From positions 1 to 58,433 of the forward strand of contig DASSZW010000109.1 in assembly GCA_035713285.1 (NCBI GenBank): 58,433 nt of DNA, given 5' to 3'. Shown here piece after piece: positions 1 to 7,572 of the stretch. Source of the DNA: Burkholderiales bacterium. Lineage in GTDB: Bacteria > Pseudomonadota > Gammaproteobacteria > Burkholderiales > Sulfuriferulaceae. The number at the start of each line of letters is the position of its first letter. Position 1 is the stretch's first letter. The translations under genes were made by a program, and so were the position numbers. Below the pieces are notes generated by a model, which saw nothing but the letters and a program-made list of their open reading frames with translations, was not told the DNA's origin and ran no database searches.

Positions 1-132
1 CGAATCATCCCTGGAAAACAACGCCCATCGGTAAGTCCGTTCCCGATGGGCGCAGCAACATTTTTTAAAAATGAAAGGAAAGCGGACATTTCTACTTGGC
101 AGAAAAGCGGACATTCCTATTTAGCGTTGACA
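1..132 (+). mobile_element. Right end of an IS1202/ISNCY-family insertion sequence (cut by the window edge)
   Basis: The frame 3-68 reads NHPWKTTPIGKSVPDGRSNIF*; HPW is the typical C-terminal motif of IS1202/ISNCY transposases. Two imperfect 22-bp direct repeats follow (AAAGCGGACATTTCTACTTGGC 79-100; AAAGCGGACATTCCTATTTAGC 104-125), then a terminal TTGACA (127-132), which fits TGT...ACA ends. Confidence 0.7.
3..68 (+). CDS. C-terminal 21 aa of a putative IS1202/ISNCY transposase (partial)
   Basis: Read by hand: AAT CAT CCC TGG ... TTT TAA (stop at 66-68). Not in the ORF track. Confidence 0.6.
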   Translation, partial: NHPWKTTPIGKSVPDGRSNIF

Positions 133-216
133 TAGCATGCCAAAAAAACAGGAAGCGGAGTAGAAGGCTACCGTAATATCGCCTGAATTTTCACCGATGC
201 CGGCAATAGGCAAGAA

Positions 217-744
217 TCAAAAGACGATAAACGAGAGCATTGCAACCGAAGCGCCCAACAGGGCGCCCGCAAGAACGTCGGTAGGATAATGCAGGCCGAG
301 TATCAGGCGCGAGGCCGCAACCAGCACGGTGAACGGCACCAGTATCCAGGCGAGTTCCGGATAATAGTAGATCGCCACCAGGCTGAATGTGACCGCATGA
401 AAAGTGTGTCCGGAAGGAAAACTGAAACGGTCGAGCGGTGCTGTAAGGCAATGTATGTTGCCGAACTGATGATGCGGACGAGGCCGCAGCGTCTTGTGCT
501 TGAGCCATTTGTAGAGCAGGGTGGCGGTCAGCCCTGCCACGACCATTTGCCCGATGACATGGAGCGACGATAGCCCGTAAAACAAAAAAAGGCCCATCAT
601 CAGCGCGTACCAGAACACGCCGTCGCCCAATCGGCTGATACGTCGAAATACCCAGATTACGGCCGGATAGCGTTCCGCACGGTTAAACCGTCGCGTCAGC
701 CCGGCTTCGCATTCAGCCATCCACTGCCAGCTCAACTTCTCCAC
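217..744 (-). CDS. PAP2-family membrane phosphatase
   Basis: PAP2 motifs KxxxxRPRP, SFPSGH and SRxxLGxHYPxDV, with several hydrophobic helices. Overlaps the end of the upstream glycosyltransferase. Confidence 0.9.
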   Translation of the reverse strand: MEKLSWQWMAECEAGLTRRFNRAERYPAVIWVFRRISRLGDGVFWYALMMGLFLFYGLSSLHVIGQMVVAGLTATLLYKWLKHKTLRPRPHHQFGNIHCLTAPLDRFSFPSGHTFHAVTFSLVAIYYYPELAWILVPFTVLVAASRLILGLHYPTDVLAGALLGASVAMLSFIVF

Positions 745-1930
745 GGCATTCTTCCTTATCTATAATGGCATGCAATACCCGTTCAAAGCGATCATGTATA
801 ACATCCCATGAAATTGACAATGCAGTTTGATGAGAGTTCACACCCAGCTGTTTTGCGCGGACGGGATCCAGCGCCAGTTCGGTAGCTGCGGCGACAAATC
901 TCTCCGTATCGTTGTAGGAGGCTAACATACCGTTTTCTCCGTGTCGAATCAAGGCTTCTGCTGCAGCATATCGATACGCTACCACCGCCAGCCCGCTGGC
1001 CATGGCTTCCGTCGTGACATTGCCGAAAGTTTCAGTCAGGCTTGGAAACAAAAAAACGTCTGCCGAGGCATAATGGCGCGCCAGATCTTCTCCGCTACGC
1101 ATGCCGCAATATACCGCGCCGGGAAACTCGGCCTGGTAACGGTTACGCTCCGGACCATCACCTACGATCACTAGCCGGCTCTTCGAATTGACTGCCCGCA
1201 TCGCGGTATACGCCTTGAATACGAGCGCAAGGTTTTTTTCCGGAGCGATGCGGCCGACATAGATCACGACCTGAGTATCGTCATCCGCGCCCCATTCGCA
1301 ACGCAAGCCGGAGTCGCGGCGGCCTGGATTGAAGAGTTCCGTATCCACGCCGCGCGAGACGACTTCGAGGTTATGATAGCCGTGCGCCTGGAGCTCGCGG
1401 CGCATTCCCTCGGTCGGCACGAGCGTTACACAGGCTTTATTATGAAATTTGCGCAGATACGCCAGGATAGGACGCCGCAACCAGGCAGCGCCGTAATGTT
1501 TGCTGTACGTATGGAAATTGGTATGGAAATCGGTACTGACCGGAAGCCGGAGCTTCTGCGCTGCGGCTAACGCCGACCAGCCCAGCGGCCCTTCGGTAGC
1601 GATATGAACCAGATCGGGCCGTTTTAATTGCCATAAGCGCACCAGAGCGGATTTGGCAGGCAAGCCTATTTTCAAGCCGGCATACCGCGGAATCGGTACG
1701 CCTATCTTTAATATTTCTTCCAGGCCGGAATTATTTACGGCCTTGTCTGTTGAACCCTGGCGCGGGCGGATCAGCTGGATCTGATGACCGCGATTCTGTA
1801 AATCGGCGACCTGGCGTCCCAGCGTCATCGCCACGCCGTTTATTTCCGGCGGATAAGTCTCGGTCACCAGCGCAATGCGCAAAGGCTGAGGGCGAGGAAC
1901 AAATATCTGCAATAAAAAATCGTCATTCAT
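713..1930 (-). CDS. GT4-family glycosyltransferase (Agt/PimB-like, putative glycolipid synthase)
   Basis: RIALVTETYPPEINGVA N-terminus, YVGRIAPEKN and ETFGNVTTEAMASG (EX7E). Start moved to the ATG at 1930 (MNDDF); the longer ORF extension is not GT-like. Confidence 0.88.
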   Translation of the reverse strand: MNDDFLLQIFVPRPQPLRIALVTETYPPEINGVAMTLGRQVADLQNRGHQIQLIRPRQGSTDKAVNNSGLEEILKIGVPIPRYAGLKIGLPAKSALVRLWQLKRPDLVHIATEGPLGWSALAAAQKLRLPVSTDFHTNFHTYSKHYGAAWLRRPILAYLRKFHNKACVTLVPTEGMRRELQAHGYHNLEVVSRGVDTELFNPGRRDSGLRCEWGADDDTQVVIYVGRIAPEKNLALVFKAYTAMRAVNSKSRLVIVGDGPERNRYQAEFPGAVYCGMRSGEDLARHYASADVFLFPSLTETFGNVTTEAMASGLAVVAYRYAAAEALIRHGENGMLASYNDTERFVAAATELALDPVRAKQLGVNSHQTALSISWDVIHDRFERVLHAIIDKEECRGEVELAVDG

Positions 1931-1975
1931 GGCAGCTATTCTGCAACTAAGAGAAGTCATTTGCGTTAAAAATTT

Positions 1976-1993
1976 TTGAACGTTTAATGACTG
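1976..1993 (-). promoter_or_regulatory. Degenerate PHO-box-like site upstream of the GT4-PAP2 pair
   Basis: Minus strand CAGTCAT-TAAA-CGTTCAA compared with the PhoB consensus CTGTCAT-N4-CTGTCAY; the second half-site is poor. Confidence 0.3.
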
Positions 1994-2108
1994 CCGCATG
2001 CGAAAAACGGCGCACTGCGTCTGACAATGCGCGACGTCGGTCGCCGATACGATGAATCGGCATAAGCCGGGATGCAGCGGCATGACAAAATTACGCTAAA
2101 ATGCTCGC

Positions 2109-4301
2109 ATGCCACCCTTGATAGCCCAAATCGCGCTGGATCTCCCGGTACCGAAACTGTTCGATTATGTCGCGCCCACGCTCACCCCGGCCGATACAGG
2201 GCGCAGAGTTCGCGTACCTTTCGGCCGCAAGGAACTCATCGGAGTGGTAATACGGTTGCAAACCGAATCCCTGCATCCCGTGCATCAGCTCAAAAGCCTC
2301 TCCGCCGTGCTCGACGAAGCGCCCGTGCTTCCGGAAGAAATTCTCAGGCTGCTGCATTTTTGTAGCGAGTACTATCATTATCCGCTGGGACCTACGGTAT
2401 TGGCAGCCTTGCCGCTTGCGTTGCGCAAAACACGTATTGCAACGGCCAGAACGCCATATTGCTGGCGGATAACTGCGGCAGGCCGGTTAGCGGCAGCCCG
2501 GCTGCCGTCCCGCGCTTACGCCCAGCGGGCTTTGTATGCATGCCTTCTCGATGGAAACTGGCACGAAACCGCTGAACTGGCGGAGATTTCGACCGGCTGC
2601 CGCAGCACGCTCAACGATTGGCTAACGCTGTCCTGGATCGAACAGCAACCCGTTGCGGACAAGACGGACGAAGTTTTGCCTACGGCTGCCGCCGCTCCCC
2701 CTTCGCTAAATTCCGAACAGGAAGCCGCGCTGGTTCAAATAGTCTCGGAACTCGCCCGTTTTCGGCCGTTTCTGCTGCATGGCGTCACCGGCAGCGGCAA
2801 GACGGAAGTCTATTTGCACGCCGCGCAAGCCGTTTTGGATCAGGGCGGTCAAGTCCTGATACTGGTACCGGAAATCAACCTGACGCCCCAGTTGATAGGA
2901 TTATTTCGAGCGCGGTTCACCGATACGCTGATCGCCGTCCTCCATAGCGGCATGAACGAACGCGAACGCCTGCAGCATTGGCTAGCCGCCTCAGAAGGGC
3001 GCGCGCGCATCGTCCTGGGCACGCGACTTGCCGTCTTTACGCCGTTGCCTGAACTAGCGCTGATCATCGTCGACGAAGAACACGACAGCTCATTTTATCA
3101 GCAGGAAAATTTGCGTTATGTCGCTCGTGATGTCGCCATTCTGCGCGCCCAGCACCGCGCTTGCCCGGTCGTGCTGGGGTCGGCTACGCCGTCACTGGAG
3201 AGCTGGCATAACGCTCACAGCGGCCGCTACAAACTATTGAGTTTACGAAACCGGGCAATTGCTGCGGCGCAATTGCCTGCGATACGTCTGATCGACAGCC
3301 GCACCCGGAAATCGCCTGACGGGCTTTCGCCTCCTCTGGCAGACGCGATTCAAATGCGCCTGCAGAAAAACCAGCAAAGCCTGATCTTCATTAACCGACG
3401 CGGCTATGCGCCTACGCTGGTCTGTCGCGCCTGCGCCTGGGCGGCGGCTTGCGAGCGGTGTTCGGCGCATCTGGTCGTCCATCTGCGCGCGCGGCAATTG
3501 CGCTGCCATCATTGCGGCTACGCGCAAGCCATAGCCCAGTCCTGCCCGGACTGCGGCAATATCGATCTCACCCCCAGCGGCCTCGGCACGCAACGTCTGG
3601 AGCAGGTTTTACAGGAACGATTCCCCGCCGCCCGCGTTTTGCGCATAGACCGCGACAGCACCCAAGCCAAAGGCAGCTGGGAAAGCATGCAGCAAACGAT
3701 ACGTCGCGGCGAAGCGGATATTCTTGTCGGGACCCAGTTGCTCGCCAAGGGTCACGATTTTCCCAATCTGACTCTGGTCGGCGTCATCGGAGCCGATAAC
3801 GCTTTATACAGCACGGATTTTCGGGCCGCCGAACGCATGTTTGCCCAGCTCATGCAAGTCAGCGGCCGGTCCGGCCGCGCCCAGTATCCCGGCGAAGTGC
3901 TGATTCAGACCGAATTCGTCGATCATCCTTTATACCGTGCATTACAGCGCCACGATTATGCCGGCTATGCCCAAACCTTGCTGGACGAACGGCGTAACGC
4001 CGGATTTCCGCCGTTTATCTATCAAGCCGTGTTGCGCGCGGAAGCGCTGCAACTGGCCGACGCGCTGGCTTTTCTCGGCCTCGCGCACAATTGCGCACCC
4101 CAGATTCCAGAGATAACTTTATTCGATCCCACTCCGGCAATCATGCCTCGCAAGGCGAACCTCGAACGCGCCTTATTGTTAGTGCAATCGCCGAACCGAC
4201 GCGCGCTCCAGGGATTTTTAAGCTCGTGGACAACTTTGCTGTATCGCTTGCGCGCTGCCAAGCTGCGCTGGCATATGGATGTCGATCCGCTGGAGATATG
4301 A
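2109..4301 (+). CDS. priA: Primosomal protein N' (replication restart helicase)
   Basis: GVTGSGKT Walker A, DEEH, four CxxC motifs, GTQLLAKGHDFP, and C-terminal WHMDVDPLEI. Confidence 0.97.
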   Translation: MPPLIAQIALDLPVPKLFDYVAPTLTPADTGRRVRVPFGRKELIGVVIRLQTESLHPVHQLKSLSAVLDEAPVLPEEILRLLHFCSEYYHYPLGPTVLAALPLALRKTRIATARTPYCWRITAAGRLAAARLPSRAYAQRALYACLLDGNWHETAELAEISTGCRSTLNDWLTLSWIEQQPVADKTDEVLPTAAAAPPSLNSEQEAALVQIVSELARFRPFLLHGVTGSGKTEVYLHAAQAVLDQGGQVLILVPEINLTPQLIGLFRARFTDTLIAVLHSGMNERERLQHWLAASEGRARIVLGTRLAVFTPLPELALIIVDEEHDSSFYQQENLRYVARDVAILRAQHRACPVVLGSATPSLESWHNAHSGRYKLLSLRNRAIAAAQLPAIRLIDSRTRKSPDGLSPPLADAIQMRLQKNQQSLIFINRRGYAPTLVCRACAWAAACERCSAHLVVHLRARQLRCHHCGYAQAIAQSCPDCGNIDLTPSGLGTQRLEQVLQERFPAARVLRIDRDSTQAKGSWESMQQTIRRGEADILVGTQLLAKGHDFPNLTLVGVIGADNALYSTDFRAAERMFAQLMQVSGRSGRAQYPGEVLIQTEFVDHPLYRALQRHDYAGYAQTLLDERRNAGFPPFIYQAVLRAEALQLADALAFLGLAHNCAPQIPEITLFDPTPAIMPRKANLERALLLVQSPNRRALQGFLSSWTTLLYRLRAAKLRWHMDVDPLEI

Positions 4302-4317
4302 CCGCCTGCCGGCGCCG

Positions 4318-4557
4318 CTAACCGCACCCGCACCCCGGTCCATGCCGATGTGTTTTTACCGTCCCTGCTTTCGGTTCCAGCGAGCGCATCGCCTGCTCCC
4401 TGCCGTACGCCATATAACCGTGCATGGCGGGAGCGGTCAGAATCAGTTTGACCAGAGCGCCCCCGCACGACGGGCAATACGGACTATTCGCCTTAATCGA
4501 ATGGCTTATTTCAAGGCGGATACGGCATTGCGTGCATTCGTAATCGTAAGTCGGCAT
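4318..4557 (-). CDS. FmdB-like zinc-ribbon protein with a His/Cys-rich tail
   Basis: MPTYDYECTQC...CPSCG is the FmdB-type Zn-ribbon signature. C-terminus HRHGPGCGCG; AAGGA RBS upstream. Confidence 0.85.
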   Translation of the reverse strand: MPTYDYECTQCRIRLEISHSIKANSPYCPSCGGALVKLILTAPAMHGYMAYGREQAMRSLEPKAGTVKTHRHGPGCGCG

Positions 4558-4651
4558 CTGAAATCCTTTTCTGTTATCTTTACCGGACAGACTACTTATT
4601 CTAAGCCGGCATCTCCGCAGGTCCGCGGCGACACCGGCTCAGCAGGAAACC

Positions 4652-5302
4652 TTATGCCCAGCGGGCGGGCTGTTTGGTTTTGACGCCGAACTGCGCTGCG
4701 GTCGCATCGGTTCTTGCACGCGCCGCGGGATCAAGGGTCGGCGCCCTCAGCCGGCGCGTCTCGACTTCCCAAATCCAGCCGCTGACTACGATGTCTTTTG
4801 GTATAAGCGGATGATTTTTAAATGCTTCAACGGTTTTCATGCAACTGACATCCACATCGTCCATCATGCCTATCCATTTGGCGAAGCTGCCCTTTCCCAG
4901 CTTCAATTCCGGCAGGGTAGGATCCAGCACCAGATTATCGGTATCGATCCCCCGATCGCGGAAGCTTTTTTCCAAATCGTGCGCGTTCGCCGATAGCATG
5001 CCGCATTGCGTATGTTGCACGATAACGATCTCCCTGGTTCCGAAAAAATTGCATGTCAGCATGGCTGAACGTATCGCATCGTCGGTCACAATCCCGCCCG
5101 CATTCCGGAAACAATGCGCATCGCCCCCGCCGGCCGGGGTATCTACATGGATACCGAGCGCTTCGTCCACCGGCAGCCGTTCGTCCATACAGGCCAGAAC
5201 CCACAGATTAAGATTATTCGCCCCGTCGGGGCCGTAGCGCCGCCGTTTTGACCAATGCTCATAGGCAGCCACGCTGGTCGTCAGTTTTTCTTTAAGCAAC
5301 AT
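4652..5302 (-). CDS. Carbon disulfide hydrolase-type enzyme (beta-carbonic anhydrase fold, clade D)
   Basis: Zn-ligand motifs CMDER and HTQC. The segments NNxxLWVLACMDER, RNAGGIVTDDAIRSAMLTCNFFGT (FF motif), LDPTLPEL and NHPLIPK..VSGWIWEVET closely match my recollection of the Acidianus and Acidithiobacillus CS2 hydrolases. ATG at 5302 with GGAGG RBS. Confidence 0.85.
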   Translation of the reverse strand: MLLKEKLTTSVAAYEHWSKRRRYGPDGANNLNLWVLACMDERLPVDEALGIHVDTPAGGGDAHCFRNAGGIVTDDAIRSAMLTCNFFGTREIVIVQHTQCGMLSANAHDLEKSFRDRGIDTDNLVLDPTLPELKLGKGSFAKWIGMMDDVDVSCMKTVEAFKNHPLIPKDIVVSGWIWEVETRRLRAPTLDPAARARTDATAAQFGVKTKQPARWA

Positions 5303-5375
5303 ATTCAATTCCTCCATGAGTGAACTTGCGAATACCGAAAACCTAAAGCCTGCATCGTCTCGGCCCATGACTTTT

Positions 5376-5391
5376 AGCAAACTTCATGCCA
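5376..5391 (-). promoter_or_regulatory. Sigma-54 (-24/-12) promoter of the CS2 hydrolase gene
   Basis: Minus strand TGGCATGAAGTTTGCT versus consensus TGGCACG-N4-TTGCW, with correct GG-N10-GC spacing, about 75 bp before the ATG and next to a bEBP gene. Confidence 0.85.
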
Positions 5392-5407
5392 GAAAATAGT
5401 ATTTTTT

Positions 5408-5420
5408 AATCAAAGACTTA
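5408..5420 (+). promoter_or_regulatory. IHF binding site 1
   Basis: AATCAAAGACTTA matches WATCAANNNNTTR exactly; it lies immediately upstream of the sigma-54 promoter. Confidence 0.7.
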
Positions 5421-5491
5421 TAAAAACTGGTGCGGGGTTCGATATTCCTGCCCGACTGCCTGCAGATACAATTTCATGAAAAACATTAATG

Positions 5492-5504
5492 AATCAAATG
5501 GTTA
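5492..5504 (+). promoter_or_regulatory. IHF binding site 2
   Basis: AATCAAATGGTTA matches WATCAANNNNTTR exactly. Confidence 0.55.
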
Positions 5505-5614
5505 TTTGAATTTAACAAAAACTTCTCATGTGAAGTATTATTTCCCGTGAAATCTTTACCGCCGGGAGCAAGAAACGAAAATTTCATTGCCCAAAAGAGA
5601 CGCATGCTTCGCCA

Positions 5615-7219
5615 TCAGGCCGGCGGAAGCCGAAAAACTTTGGGGTCGATGCGGTGCAGGGACAATTTTTGATGTACTGCGCGCGGACTTATTTCGATCG
5701 ATTTCGCAACCTTGCTGATGTTCCCTCCAAATTTCTCCAGCAACTCTTTCAGCATCGTTTCTTCCGCTTTATCTGCAGCATGTTTTCGGGCTGCCTTCAG
5801 CGTCCGCGACGCGGTGCCGGATCCAGCATGTTCCGGCATGCCCGGCGTGCTGGACGCCGCTTCAGGCAGCATGACCTGCTCCAATTCCGCTCCGGCAGCA
5901 AATATAAACGACCGCTCCAGAATATTTTCCAGTTCCCGGACATTTCCCGGCCAGCCGTAAGCCATGAGTTGTGCCACGGCTTGCCGGCTCAGCGTGTGTA
6001 TGCGCTTGTGATATTTCTCCGACAACCTGGACAGCATCATTTCGGCCAGAGGCAGAATGTCTTCCGGCCGCTCGCGCAATGGCGGAATGTAGATTGGCAC
6101 GACATTGAGACGATAATACAGATCGAGGCGAAAAAGGCCCTGCGCGATCAGCTTGTCCAGTTGGTTGCCGCCAGCAGCGACGATCCTGACATCGGCAGTC
6201 AGGCACTGCTTGCCCCCCACCCGTTCGAATTCGTTTTCCTGCAGCACCCGCAACAATCGGGCCTGGGCCAATAACGGCAGCGAATCGATCTCGTCGAGGA
6301 ACAGCGTTCCTTTATCCGCGCGCTCAAAAAAACCGTGATGCACTTCGTAAGCGCCGGTAAACGCGCCGCGCTCGTGACCGAACAGAACGCTTTCCACCAG
6401 GTTTTCCGGAATAGCGCCGCAATTTACCGCCACGAATTTATTGTTCCAGCGTTCGCTCATGGCATGAATGGCGCGAGCCGCTACTTCCTTGCCAACCCCC
6501 GTCTCTCCGGTAATCAGCACACTGGCTTTCGTCGGCGCAACCACTTCCACAACTTCCAGCGCTTTGCACATGCCCGGCGATCTGGCCACCAGGCCCGGAC
6601 TGCCGGGGCTACCGGATTTTCTTGCCGGGATGCCGCACCAGACTTTGCTCATCCGTTTTTCTATGCGCATGCCCACTTCCGCATAAGCCGATTTGCCGAC
6701 GATGATCTCTCCCTTATGGTGGTATTCATCGCCCGAATGTTGGGCGGCCTGCTCCGGGTCAATATATATACGGGCTTCGCAGAGGCCGTCGCCGACGGCG
6801 ATGCGCTTGTCCAACAGGACTTTCGCATAACCGAAATTGCGTGCCGCAATACCGCCGAACACGCTGGAAGTCATCTGGCATAATTCGGGGGCATGCCGGA
6901 CCGCATCGCCAAACGGGCAGCGACTGTTGATAACGCGCACCATCCCCGGCTCGCTGGAAGCGCGGGAAAATCCACCGCCTATTTTATTTTTTATTTCTAC
7001 GATCATGTCGGCATACTGGGCATGGTCCAGCGCGCCTTCCAGCACGCGCTCTTCCCGATAAGCGGCTTCGAAACACGCCGCCGCATTCAGCCCCAGCTGT
7101 TCGATCCTGCCCAGAGGCGACGGTTTTTCTCCGTTTTTATCGTTCGATTCCAGGCTTTGAACAACGAATGTCTGCAAAAAATTCAGGGGATTAAGTCGTG
7201 AAAAAGGCTGGCTGGACAT
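5615..7219 (-). CDS. Sigma-54-dependent enhancer-binding activator with an N-terminal MetOD1/V4R-like sensor domain
   Basis: AAA+ core GETGVGKE, GAFTGA, FLDEID, WPGNVRELEN and a C-terminal Fis-type HTH. The N-terminus has CPFG...CQMTSSVFGGIAARNFGYAKV...GDGLC and no receiver domain. Confidence 0.9.
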   Translation of the reverse strand: MSSQPFSRLNPLNFLQTFVVQSLESNDKNGEKPSPLGRIEQLGLNAAACFEAAYREERVLEGALDHAQYADMIVEIKNKIGGGFSRASSEPGMVRVINSRCPFGDAVRHAPELCQMTSSVFGGIAARNFGYAKVLLDKRIAVGDGLCEARIYIDPEQAAQHSGDEYHHKGEIIVGKSAYAEVGMRIEKRMSKVWCGIPARKSGSPGSPGLVARSPGMCKALEVVEVVAPTKASVLITGETGVGKEVAARAIHAMSERWNNKFVAVNCGAIPENLVESVLFGHERGAFTGAYEVHHGFFERADKGTLFLDEIDSLPLLAQARLLRVLQENEFERVGGKQCLTADVRIVAAGGNQLDKLIAQGLFRLDLYYRLNVVPIYIPPLRERPEDILPLAEMMLSRLSEKYHKRIHTLSRQAVAQLMAYGWPGNVRELENILERSFIFAAGAELEQVMLPEAASSTPGMPEHAGSGTASRTLKAARKHAADKAEETMLKELLEKFGGNISKVAKSIEISPRAVHQKLSLHRIDPKVFRLPPA

Positions 7220-7492
7220 AGAATGCTCTCAATGAACGAAGCTGACTTGCTAACAAGCGCTGGCTCATTTCCCGCCACCGCGACCGATTACAACGATACC
7301 CGATAACGGCACCGAAATGGGCGTTGCCGCACCCGGTAAACACCAAACCCGCCTCTGCGCAAAGGAGCCCGGCAAAAAATAATTAAATTATCGAGCGTAA
7401 ACGGGGCGTTCCCGATTACGCCGAGGAATATCGGCAGCATGCCGCTCACCGTCGCATTAAAATACTGACGGATACCAGAAATCGTGACCGCG

Positions 7493-7516
7493 ACATAGCG
7501 TTATACATAGCGTTAT
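7493..7516. repeat. 12-bp tandem duplication (ACATAGCGTTAT x2) upstream of the argS promoter
   Basis: Two exact copies at 7493-7504 and 7505-7516, followed by TTGTTG-N17-TATAAT (7518-7546). Confidence 0.9.
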
Positions 7517-7572
7517 TTTGTTGAATAGGCGACAGGCAGCTATAATGACGCATCTTTTCTTCAGGCAGCACC

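Noticed and set aside
4652-5380. Annotation as an ordinary carbonic anhydrase with a start at 5380
   Set aside because: The motifs fit the CS2-hydrolase subgroup better. The 5380 start lies inside the sigma-54 promoter, whereas the ATG at 5302 has a GGAGG RBS.
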